This document shows, in pieces, positions 1 to 17,089 of a stretch of DNA of 64,000 nucleotides; position 1 is the first letter of the stretch; each line of letters opens with the position of its first letter. Position numbers and translations under genes: made by a program. Below the pieces are notes generated by a model. The model saw only the letters and a program-made list of their open reading frames with translations. It searched no databases and was not told the DNA's origin. The stretch is taken from contig NIVC01001826.1 of assembly GCA_002269645.1 (NCBI GenBank), forward strand, positions 62,001 through 126,000. Reading direction: 5' to 3'. Origin of the DNA: Macrostomum lignano (lineage: Eukaryota).

Positions 1-511
1 GATGTTTTAATCGTTATTAGCGATTGAGTGGATTTGTCATCAACATTTTGCTTTTACTATTCATAAAAACGCGTACTTTTTACTATTGTTTATTATTGTT
101 ATGCCAAAAGTTCTTTCTCTCAAAAACTCAAAACAACCATGCAACAGAGCCGGCAAGGCAAAGCTCAATATAATTAAAAAATCTGTTTCGACAAAAGAGT
201 GAAGAGTCATGTCTTTCAGAACTACAGTCGGATCGGATCGCAATCGGATGCTTTAGCAAATAACAAAGCATACTTTTTGTCTTTTTGTAACATTAAACAA
301 TTTTTGTTGGACCAGTTGAATATTTCAAGTGAAAAACTGACAGTTTAAAAATGCTGGCTGACAGGGAATATAATTAAAGCGTCTTTTCTTAGAAAGAAAA
401 GGGATACTTATATAAATTGGGGTTTTCGATTGAACAGCAAAAATGTACATATTATTTAACTGTCACTATAGTCTAGAAGCCAACCAATGAATGTACACCA
501 CCAATGTACAG

Positions 512-5998
<5,487 letters not shown>

Positions 5999-6769
5999 CT
6001 AAAGGTCAAACTTATTAGCACCTTAAATAGCTATACACGTTGCAACTTTTAGGTGTTGAAAATTTCCTTTATTTATCACAGTTTCTGTTGCCTCCAGCTG
6101 CTACTAAGCAAAATGTGCTAATTGCAAGGTAAACTTAACAATCTGTTGCATGTTATTTGTAGCTATTCGATTGTATAAATAAGTAATTAGCCAGCTTTAT
6201 AGTATTGCATTACTCACCGTTCATTATATTGGGAATTAGCGATTGGATTTGAGTTTGGCTCGCGCTATAGCACCGAATATCTAGAGTCTGGTCTTCTGAA
6301 TATTAAAACTCGTCTGTCCAAGGTATAGGTGTTTCAAAAATTCCGTCTGATATATGCTTACACTGTGTTGAACAGAGAATATACAATAAACCCAACCCGG
6401 CATCATGATGGCGGCAAGCATCCAATTGCAGTTGCAGACAGACGCCTTAGCAAAATTATTCGCGCGCGGCCATCTAAAGAGAATCTTGTGAGCATGGCTA
6501 AGCCAACAATGGCCCACCGATGCCCCCTCACCCTTTTAGATTTAGATCTCAGGTGTTATGCGACCTACTGTAGGTGTTAACAGAAGAAAATGAGTAGCTG
6601 CGTACTAATTTTGCAGACTAATATTGCTTTTAAAAATATTTAAATAATGTCTTTATATGCGTAGCTCTCCCACACCTGACATTTAGACTGGTGGCTACAA
6701 TGTTGGTTTCTCTACAATTCCACTCTTGTAAAAGTTTATAGAAGGGCTCGGGAGGAGGTAGTGGCACCC

Positions 6770-7460
6770 ACTAAAGGATCAGGGAGGTGGTAGCGGCACC
6801 CACTGAAGGATCAGGGAGGGGGTAGCGGCACCCACTGAAGGATCAGGGAGAGGGTAGCGGCACCCACTGAAGGATCAGGGAGGGAGTAGCGGCACCCACT
6901 GAAGGATCAGGGAGGGGTAGCGGCACCCACTGAAGGATCAGGGAGGGGGTAGCGGCACCCACTGAAGGATCAGGGAGAGGGTAGCGGCACCCACTGAAGG
7001 ATCAGGGAGGGAGTAGCGGCACCCACTGAAGGATCAGGGAGGGGGTAGCGGCACCCACTGAAGGATCAGGGAGGGAGTAGCGGCACCCACTGAAGGATCA
7101 GGGAGGGGGTAGCGGCACCCACTGAAGGATCAGGGAGGGGGTAGCGGCACCCACTGAAGGATCAGGGAGAGGGTAGCGGCACCCACTGAAGGATCAGGGA
7201 GGGAGTAGCGGCACCCACTGAAGGATCAGGGAGGGGTAGCGGCACCCACTGAAGGATCAGGGAGGGGTAGCGCACCCACTGAAGGATCAGGGAGAGGGTA
7301 GCGGCACCCACTGAAGGATCAGGGAGGGAGTAGCGGCACCCACTGAAGGATCAGGGAGGGGGTAGCGGCACCCACTGAAGGATCAGGGAGGGGGTAGCGG
7401 CACCCACTGAAGGATCAGGGAGGGGGTAGCGGCACCCACTGAAGGATCAGGGAGGGGAGA
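6770..7460. repeat. 32-33-bp minisatellite (GGTAGCGGCACCCACTGAAGGATCAGGGAGGG), about 21 copies
   Basis: Near-identical tandem units read directly. Confidence 0.95.
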
Positions 7461-8094
7461 GGGCAAAATGCCGATTTTTAACGACCGTAAAACATTTTTG
7501 AGTCGATGTTTACTAGCAATGCAAAGATGAAAAGCATGCAGTGAACCAGGATCGCTAATAATCCCACGTATGGCAGCAATTACCTACCCCTATTTGCAAT
7601 CCGCAGCTTGAGTCTTCGTTGACGGCAAATCGATTTCGCGACATCAGCTGTCCAAGAAGCCAGTTCCGTTTTCGGCTGCATCTGCTGCTGCATCTTGCCA
7701 GGTAATTCTGCGCTTAACACTTCGAATTGATTCAGCTCAGGGAAAGCAGGTGTTACGGCGGGATTTTTATCCCCTAACTATACAGCTTGCGAAAAGAATT
7801 GCATTGAAATCTTCAAAGCCAGTTTTTTTTGCTTTGAAGCTGCTCTGCGCGCACAGACGGCTTAAGTTGCTTTTTGTTCGGCTTTGGTCCCTCACGCTTA
7901 TTTGAATAAAGCAGAGGAAAATGCTCAGATTCTGTTGGTCGATGGGAAGAGGAACCAAATTCATGCTGCATCTTCTTTCCTCTTCATTTTTGTTCCTAAA
8001 AGCAATCAAATTACATTGGCAAAGGCCGTGCATCGTTTTGTACGCTGTCAGCAAGGAAGTAATCCATAGCCAGCTTTAAGCTCAGCTTAAAATA

Positions 8095-8650
8095 TTCATT
8101 TCGATACATATCGGCAGTTTTCATCGACCGAGGTTGGTTAATATCCAATGGAAGATTTTACTTGGATATATTAACTTCGATACATATCGGCTGTTTCCAT
8201 CGACCGAGGTTGGTTAATATCCGATGCTAGATTTTACTTGGATATATTCATTTCGATACATATCGGCTGTTTCCATCGACCGATGTTGGTTAATATCCGA
8301 TGCTAGATTTTACTTGGATATAATAAACGTCGATACATATCGGCAGTTTCCATCGACCGAGGCTGGTTAATATCCAATGGAAGATTTTACTTGGATATAT
8401 TAACTTCGATACATATCGGCAGTTTCCATCGACCGAGGTTGGTTAATATCCGATGCTAGATTTTACTTGGCTATAATAACGTCGATACATATCGGCAGTT
8501 TCCATTGACCGAGGTTGGTTAATATCCGATGCTAGATTTTACTTGGATATATTAACTTCGATACATATCGGCAGTTTCCATCGACAGATGTTTGTAATAT
8601 CCGTTGCTAGGTTTTAACTGGAAACGTTAGTGTCGATACATATCGGCATT
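8095..8650. repeat. ~76-bp tandem repeat, 8 copies, each containing TCGATACATATCGGC
   Basis: The motif starts at 8101, 8177, 8253, 8330, 8406, 8482, 8558 and 8633. Confidence 0.95.
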
Positions 8651-9480
8651 TGTCTATTTATCAAATGAAAAAATTAATTTAATATCCTGTTTAATAGAAA
8701 CTAATGCAATTTTTTGACAGCACATAAATTAAATTAATTAACAATAAAACACGTATATTTCTACTCTCTGAGTAGCTCAAGTCGCATAGTGCAAGAAAGC
8801 ATAATCACGCGATTACTAGCAGAAAACAGCAAAAATGAAACAAATGTTGCTAGCCAAATTCAGCTTCAGTTTAACATTGCAAAGTGCAACAACATTGAGA
8901 ATGTAGTACTGCATGTACAGTGCACGGGCACAGGTACAGGTATACAAAGTAGTACGTCGTGTGAGAAGAACACACCGGTGCAATTTATTTAAACAAATGT
9001 TTAAGACTGTAGTATTTTAATGTTATAAAGGAATTAAAACTAATTAATTATACAAGTAAGTCTTCTTACACGAATAACCGGAAATTCGTCGCTAACACGA
9101 GCTAAAAGAGATTTCTTCAAAGATAAGACAACAATACTACTAATAGTACTTTTGTGTGGTTTAAATAATAAGAAACATGTTTTGGGACATGGATTATTTA
9201 AAAATTTTAAGTTTGGCCCATTGGCTGTCTAGTTTTGGGTTGGGTTTGACTAGGTTAGGGTTAATGATAATAACAGGACTCACAAACGCTCACACGGGGT
9301 GACTATCTTGATCGTCAAAATAGGAGAGACACGGAGACTATGAGACACGCATGTGGAACTTCTTTGGAATGAAAACTAGCTCGGACAACACAGTATAAAT
9401 AGACAATGCAGATGATTGACGTTTGACAGACAGACATTAAATAACGATTTGTTTGTTCATTAAAAGTTCGGCATTGTACT

Positions 9481-9899
9481 TCACTGATCCTTTTTGCCTT
9501 CACCCTCGTCTTCGCCTTCAATAGCGGCCGAATTTGCTTCGTCGACCTCGTCCTCGCCCTCGTCGTCCAGATAGGCATCGCCTTCGACCTCGCCTTCGGC
9601 AACATCGTCGGTGGTGTCCATGCAGCAGATGGCGTAGCACAGGATGCTGACTACGGCTACGGGAGCGCCAATGACTACTAGGGCCAGGCCTGGGTGGCTC
9701 AGCACAAAGCCCTGGAGGCAGTTTAATTAGGTTGTTTTTCGATACATATCGGCATAAAATAGTGTGACATGCGCAAATATAATTATTTGACTGAGGAAAT
9801 CTGCATGTTATCTCATTCTTTCCTGCCTCTGCACTTCGGTCTTGTTATCTGCCTGCTCGCTTCTGTGTGTCTGTCTGTCTGTCTGTTTGTCTGTCTTAG

Positions 9900-9936
<37 letters not shown>

Positions 9937-10244
9937 TAGTGTCTGTCTGTCTGTCTGTCTGTCTTAGTGTCTGCCTGCCTGTCTGTCTGTCTAAGTGTCT
10001 GTCTGCCTGCCTGCCTGTCTGTCTGTCTGTCCGTCCGTCTGTCTGTCTGTCTGTCTGTCCGTCTGTCTTAGTGTCTGTCTGTCTGTCTGTCTTAGTGTCT
10101 GTCTGTCTGTCTGTCTTAGTGTCTGTCTGTCTGTCTGTCTTAGTGTCTGTCTGTCTGTCTGTCTGTCTTAGTGTCTGTCTGTCTTAGTGTCTGCCTGTCT
10201 GTCTGTCTGTCTGCCTGCCTGCCTGTCTGTCTGTCTGTCCGTCC

Positions 10245-10280
<36 letters not shown>

Positions 10281-10283
10281 GCC

Positions 10284-10314
<31 letters not shown>

Positions 10315-10466
10315 GTCTGTCTGTCTGTCAGTCAGTCAGTCAGTCTTAGTGCCTGTCTCTCTGTCTGTCTGTCTGTCTGTCTTAGTGTCTGTCTGTCTGT
10401 CTGTCTTAGTGTCTGTCTGTCTAAGTGTCTGTCTGCCTGCCTGCCTGTCTGTCTGTCTGTCCGTCC

Positions 10467-10548
<82 letters not shown>

Positions 10549-10595
10549 CTGCCTGTCTGTCTGTCAGTCAGTCAGTCAGTCTTAGTGCCTGTCTC

Positions 10596-10634
<39 letters not shown>

Positions 10635-13600
10635 TAGTGTCTGTCTGTCTGTCTGTCTGTCTGTCGTCTGTCTGTCTGTCTGTCAGCCCAATAGCACGCA
10701 AGCCCCAGCTTCTCACAGCCAGTCCAGTGGCAAAATCGTAGACAGTCCGCTTCAGTCCTTCGATCAGGCCGCCGCCACCGTAGGCAGGCAGCTCGCCATT
10801 CAGACCCTGCAGGACCAGCCGTTTCAAAGAGCCGACAGTTTCGTCTCTGACGCTAATTGGCAGGTGATAATCAGGCCTCAGGTAGTAGCGGGTGCTGTTG
10901 GGATTAAGCAGCATCACATTGGGGGTGGGCAGAGAAGTCATCGCCATATCGGAGGCGGCCTTGGCAGAGCCAGCCCAGCCAAACTGCACATTGGCCAGCT
11001 CCAGGTCCATGCTGAAGGCCAGCGCTCGGCCTAGCTGGACGAATCGGCGCTCTTCTGGGTCGCTCTCGTTAGTTACTATGGCAACGAGTAGCTTGGTAGA
11101 CGGGTAAAACGAGTAGAATAGGAAATCGCCGAGCTTTAATTAAGGATGGGAGAAAGGTAAGCTCAATGGTAAAAGTAATATATCTGATAAGTAGCAGCCT
11201 AGCAACAGCATGGAAACAGCATAGTAGAAGCCTAGCAACAGCATGGAAACGGCATAGTACGAGTAACAGCCTAGCAACAGCATGGAAACGACATAGTAGA
11301 AGCCTAGCAACAGCATGGAAACACGCTAGCAACAGCATGGAAACACGCTAGCAACAGCATAGAAACACGCTAGCAACAGCAAGGAAACACGCTAGCAACA
11401 GCATGGAAACACGCTAGCAACAGCATAGAAACACGCTAGCAACAGCAAGGAAACACGCTAGCAACAGCATGGAAACACGCTAGCAACAGCATGGAAACAC
11501 GCTAGTAACAGCATAGAAAAAGCCAAGTAGCAGCATAGCAACAGCATAGCAACGCCAACAAATTAACAAAAAGCTATTTATCTCACCTTAGGATAAATAT
11601 GAAATCGCTCGTTCGTCATCCAAACGCCCAGACTGTCGTTATCGAACTGGCCCCTGAACAGTACAAAGCCGTTGTCTTTGAATGCCAGCACGCAGGGCTC
11701 AGCGATATCGCCGCCGTGGCCTCGATCGAGCCGTTTAGCGGCCAGGTCGAAGCCAAGATTAGCCAATAATTGCGCATCGGCCCGATAGAAACTGCTGTCC
11801 GTGCGCATCTGGCCCGCGATGCCGTTGAATACGGCCTGCAATAATGGCGCACAGTTGCATGGGTTTGAGGAAAACTGACTGACCCACTGACTGACTGACA
11901 CAAGTGACCCACTGACTGACTGACACAAGTGACCCACTGACTGACACAAGTGACACACTGACTGACACAAGTGACCCACTAACTGACACAAGTGACCCTC
12001 TGACTGACACAAGTGACCCACTAACTGACACAAGTGACCCACTGACTGACACAAGTGACCCACTGACTGACACAAGTGACCACTAACACTTAAGCACTGA
12101 CTGACCCATTAAAATCTCGTTATAGGTGGTGTAACAAAATAATTAAAAAGCGGCTCACAAACTCCTTGGACTCCTCGCTGCCAATGAACAAGAAGAATGG
12201 ATCTTTGACTGATGTGGCAAACACCTCGTTGAACTTGCCGGGACTGGCAATGACCTTCACTGGGTCACTGGAGATTTGATTGAACAAACATGTTCAGCAG
12301 TTGTTGTAAATTACAGAAAGATATTCTAAAACTTTTGTTTCATCTACTAACCCCGATACTCGATTGACAAATTTGACAATTTCATCGGCTGTTCGTTCAC
12401 CGCGAAACTCGTGCCTGGTGTCGCCTTTCACGCTGCAAGTTTAATTATGCATAATGAATTATCAATTATCAAGTATGGCTGCTGCTGGGTCAGAGGTCAG
12501 TTAGAACCCAGGCTGCTGCTGGGTCAGAGGTCAGTTAGAACCCAGGCTGGCCGGTGGGTCAGAGGTCAGTTAGAACACAGGCTGCTGCTGGATCAAAGGT
12601 CAGTTGGAACACAGGCTGCTGCTGGATCAAAGGTCAGGTTGGAACACAGGCTGCTGCTGGGTCAAAGGTCAGGTTGGAACACAGGCTGCTGCTGGGTCAA
12701 AGGTCAGGTTGGAACACAGGCTGCTGCTGGGTCAAAGGTCAGGTTGGAACACAGGCTGCTGCTGGGTCAAAGGTCAGGTTGGAACACAGGCTGCTGCTGG
12801 GTCAAAGGTCAGGTTGGAACACAGGCTGTTGCTGGGTCAAAGGTCAGGTTGGAACACAGGCTGCTGCTGGATCAAAGGTCAGGTTGGAACACAGGCTGCT
12901 GCTGGGTCAAAGGTCAGGTTGGAACACAGGCTGTTGCTGGGTCAAAGGTCAGGTTGGAACACAGGCTGCTGCTGGGTCAAAGGTCAGGTTGGAACCCAGG
13001 CTGCTGCTGGGTCAGAGGTCAGTTAGAACCCAGGCTGGCCGGTGGGTCAGAGGTCAGTTAGAACACAGGCTGCTGCTGGATCAAAGGTCAGGTTGGAACA
13101 CAGGCTGCTGCTGGGTCAAAGGTCAGGTTGAAACACAGGCTGCTGCTGGGTCAAAGGTCAGGTTGGAACACAGGCTGCTGCTGGGTCAAAGGTCAGGTTG
13201 GAACACAGGCTGCTGCTAAGTCAAAGGTCAGGTTGGAACACAGGCTGCTGCTGGGTCAAAGGTCAGGTTGGAACACAGGCTGCTGCTGGGTCAAAGGTCA
13301 GGTTGGAACACAGGCTGTTGCTGGGTCAAAGGTCAGGTTGGAACACAGGCTGCTGCTGGGTCAAAGGTCAGGTTGGAACCCAGGCTGCTGCTGGGTCAGA
13401 GGTCAGTTAGAACCCAGGCTGGCCGGTGGGTCAGAGGTCAGTTAGAACACAGGCTGCTGCTGGATCAAAGGTCAGGTTGGAACACAGGCTGCTGCTGGGT
13501 CAAAGGTCAGGTTGGAACACAGGCTGCTGCTGGGTCAAAGGTCAGGTTGGAACACAGGCTGCTGCTGGGTCAAAGGTCAGGTTGGAACACAGGCTGCTGC

Positions 13601-16254
13601 TGGGTCAAAGGTCAGGTTGGAACACAGGCTGCTGCTAAGTCAAAGGTCAGGTTGGAACACAGGCTGCTGCTGGGTCAAATGTCAGGTTGGAGCACAGGCT
13701 AATGCTGGGTCAAAGGTCAGGTTGGAACCCAGGCTGCTGCTGGGTCAAAGGTCAGTTAGAACCCAGGCTGGCCGGTGGGTCAGAGGTCAGTTAGAACACA
13801 GGCTGCTGCTGGATCAAAGGTCAGGTTGGAACACAGGCTGCTGCTGGGTCAAAGGTCAGGTTGGAACACAGGCTGCTGCTGGGTCAAAGGTCAGGTTGGA
13901 ACACAGGCTGCTGCTGGGTCAAAGGTCAAGTTAGAACACAGGCTGCTGCTGGGTCAAAGGTCAGGTTGGAACACAGGCTGCTGCTGGGTCAAAGGTCAGG
14001 TTAGAACACAGGCTGCTGCTGGGTCAAAGGTCAGGTTGGAGCACAGGCTGCTGCTGGGTCAGAGGTCAGGTTGGAACACAGGCTGCTGCTGGGTCAAAGG
14101 TCAGGTTAGAACACAGGCTGCTGCTGGGTCAAAGGTCAGGTTGGAACACAGGCTGCTGCTGGGTCAGAGGTCAGTTAGAACCCAGGCTGGCCGGTGGGTC
14201 AGAGGTCAGTTAGAACACAGGCTGCTGCTGGATCAAAGGTCAGGTTGGAACACAGGCTGCTGCTGGGTCAAAGGTCAGGTTGGAACACAGGCTGCTGCTG
14301 GGTCAAAGGTCAGGTTGGAACACAGGCTGCTGCTGGGTCAAAGGTCAAGTTAGAACACAGGCTGCTGCTGGGTCAAAGGTCAGGTTGGAACACAGGCTGC
14401 TGCTGGGTCAAAGGTCAGGTTAGAACACAGGCTGCTGCTGGGTCAAAGGTCAGGTTGGAACACAGGCTGCTGCTGGGTCAAAGGTCAGGTTGGAACACAG
14501 GCTGCTGCTGGGTCAAAGGTCAGGTTAGAACACAGGCTGCTGCTGGGTCAAAGGTCAGGTTGGAACACAGGCTGCTGCTGGGTCAAAGGTCAGGTTAGAA
14601 CACAGGCTGCTGCTGGGTCAAAGGTCAGGTTAGAACACAGGCTGGCCGGTGGGTCAGAGGTCAGTTAGAACCCAGGCTGCTGCTGGGTCAGAGGTCAGTT
14701 GGAACCCAGGCTGCTTGGACTCACTAGATAAGAGTCGGGAAGCCGCGCACTCTGAAGTGAGCAGCGGCGGCCTGGTGCACGGTGGCGTCTATCCTGGCGA
14801 CTGTCACCGGGGACCCGGCCAGCCGGTCGGAGACCTCCTCGTAGGCCGGCTCCATGTTGCGGCAGTGGCCGCACCAGGGCGCGTAGAACTGCGGCAAATT
14901 AATAGGCACCGATACTGATGCAAATGCCCATGTGCTGTATGACATTTATAAGTACTCTTAGCACCTTTGTGCCACAATCTATTCCTACTGCTGCTACTGT
15001 CTCCCTTACTGATCTAATCTCACCCTCCTGCTCTCCCTACCTGATCTAATCTCACCCTCCTGATCTAATCTCACCCTCCTGCTCTTCCTCCCTGATCTAA
15101 TCTCACTACCCTGCTCTCCCTACCTGATCTGATCTCACCCTCCTGCTCTCCCTACCTGATCTAATCTCACCCTCCTCTCCTATCTGATCTACTCTCACCC
15201 TCCTCCCCTATCTGAGCTACTTTCACCCTTCTGCTTTCCCTATCTGATCTACTCTCACCCTCCTCCCCTATCTGAGCTACTTTCACCCTTCTGCTTTCCC
15301 TATCTGATCTACTCTCACCCTCCTCCCCTATCTGAGCTACTTTCACCCTTCTGCTTTCCCTATCTGATCTACTCTCACCCTCCTCCCCTATCTGAGCTAC
15401 TTTCACCCTTCTGCTTTCCCTATCTGAGCTACTCTCGCCCACCTGCTCTACCAAATCTGATCTACTCTTACCCTCCTACTCTTTTCCTAGCATATAATCT
15501 CACCCCTCTACTCTCTCTCTCTCTCTCTGACTTCCCCTATCACCCTTCTCTCACCCCTGATAAGCATTCACTGCTCACCTTAACAAGGAAAGCCTGGCTG
15601 GCATCGCGACCAATAAATTCTTCGCCGACTTCGACCACTCGTGCCGCGCTGCTGGAGATTTGAGCTGCTGGAGAAAATTGGATTCGTTTCAATAGGGTCA
15701 TTGGATAGTTTCAAAAGTGTCATTGGATGGTTTCGATAGGGTCATTGGATGGTTTCAATAGGGTCATTGGATGGTTTCAATAGGTTCATTGGATGGTTTC
15801 AATAGGGTCATTGGATAGTTTCAATAAGGTCATTGGATGGTTTCAATAGGGTCATTGGATGGTTTCAATAGGTTCATTCGATAATTTCTATAGGGTCATT
15901 GGATAGTTTCAATAGGGTCATTAGCCAGTTTCAATACGGTCATTGGCCAGTTTCAATATGGTCATTGGCCAGTTTTAATACGGTCATTGGATAGTTTCAA
16001 TAGTGTCATTGGATGGTTTCAATAGGGTCATTGGAAAATTTCTATAGGGTCATTGGATAGTTTCTATACGGTCATTGGCCAGTTTCAATACGGTCATTGG
16101 CCAGTTTCAATACGGTCATTGGCCAGTTTCAATACGGTCATTGGCCAGTTTTAATACGGTCATTGGCCAGTTTCAATACAGTCATAAACTTATGCACAGA
16201 CTGCTTACCCAAAGCGATGCAGCAGACTAGGTAAGCAGACAGACGAAATGCCAT
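9481..16254 (-). CDS. TMX3: Thioredoxin-related transmembrane protein 3 (PDI family), about 461 aa; exons 16254-16209, 15667-15579, 14888-14725, 12432-12352, 12267-12159, 11835-11587, 11133-10717, 9711-9481
   Basis: All eight exons join in phase with GT-AG boundaries. The product has a signal peptide ([15 protein letters not shown]), one catalytic domain (FYAPWCGHC...[12 protein letters not shown]...RGFPT), two non-catalytic thioredoxin-like domains, a TM helix ([23 protein letters not shown]), an acidic tail and a C-terminal KKDQ dilysine ER-retrieval motif. This is TMX3 architecture. Confidence 0.92.
9865..10685. repeat. (GTCT)n microsatellite with CTTAGT interruptions, TMX3 intron 7
   Basis: Direct reading; source of the spurious SVCL ORFs. 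Confidence 0.97.
11190..11550. repeat. 22-bp minisatellite (TAGCAACAGCATGGAAACACGC), TMX3 intron 6
   Basis: Direct reading. Confidence 0.93.
11872..12105. repeat. 21-bp minisatellite (GACACAAGTGACCCACTGACT), TMX3 intron 5
   Basis: Direct reading. Confidence 0.93.
12475..14715. repeat. 35-bp minisatellite (CAGGCTGCTGCTGGGTCAAAGGTCAGGTTGGAACA) with higher-order variant units, TMX3 intron 3
   Basis: About 60 units; the variant GGCTGGCCGGTGGGTCAGAGG recurs at intervals. Confidence 0.97.
14995..15545. repeat. CT-rich ~30-bp minisatellite with a 60-bp dimer period, TMX3 intron 2
   Basis: The 60-nt lines starting at 15181, 15241, 15301 and 15361 are identical. Confidence 0.92.
15690..16185. repeat. 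22-bp minisatellite (TTCAATAGGGTCATTGGATGGT), TMX3 intron 1
   Basis: Direct reading. Confidence 0.93.
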
Positions 16255-16859
16255 TGCAATAATCTTGGCAATTATGTAATCTGCTTCAGGTATTCGGACT
16301 GAAATTCGAAAAAAATGGTGGCAGAATTATCATAATGCAACTGCTAGAGAGACAAATATGGCAATCTTACAAAGAAAAAATAGCAACACAGTTTAAAACA
16401 AAGAATTTTATTGTCAGGAATTATTCCCATAGATTAGCTTAGATAAATATAAATATAATCGGAATAATAAAACATATTATTAGCAGTGGAGTCTGGACGA
16501 ACAATAATGTAGAATTAACAATTGGCAAAGCTAGGTTAGTACTCTGTAGGGGACTCAATAAGATTTAAATACGAATTTGTTCAATTTTTACAACACTACT
16601 GACAAGTAGTACGTACACACAGTCGCATAATTTTTTACTGCCAAACGTTAATGACACGAATAATAATTAGTATATCACATAAGAATCTGGGGAGACTCAA
16701 AAACACGTTTAAATAAATCTTATCTCCAATAATATACAATAACTTCAATATGATTGACGGAGTATACAATTTTTCCACAACCAATGGGATTCAGATGGCA
16801 TTGTTCTATGGTAGAAAACATGGCTTTCTACTCTCCGTCACCTGTCTATAGGCTACAGG

Positions 16860-17040
16860 TACTATCTACCTCTCCCCCTGTCTATACTATCTACCTCTCA
16901 AACTCCCCTACATCTACCTCTCAAACTCCCCTACATCTACCTCTCAAACTCCCCTACATCTACCTCTCAAACTCTCCTACTATCTACCTCTCAAACTCCC
17001 CTACATCTACCTCTCAAACTCCCCTACATCTACCTCTCAG
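16860..17040. repeat. 23-bp minisatellite (CTACCTCTCAAACTCCCCTACAT) just downstream of the DEF8 stop
   Basis: Direct reading. Confidence 0.88.
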
Positions 17041-17089
17041 CTTTGCTACTCGCTAATTCGGTCACTGAGAATTCGCTAATTCTCTCATA

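Noticed and set aside
7460-8070. Coding-like stretch next to the 33-bp array
   Set aside because: Multiple stops in all frames and no identifiable domain; at most a decayed element.
14724-14945. Stand-alone PDI/thioredoxin ORF
   Set aside because: It is exon 3 of the eight-exon TMX3 gene.
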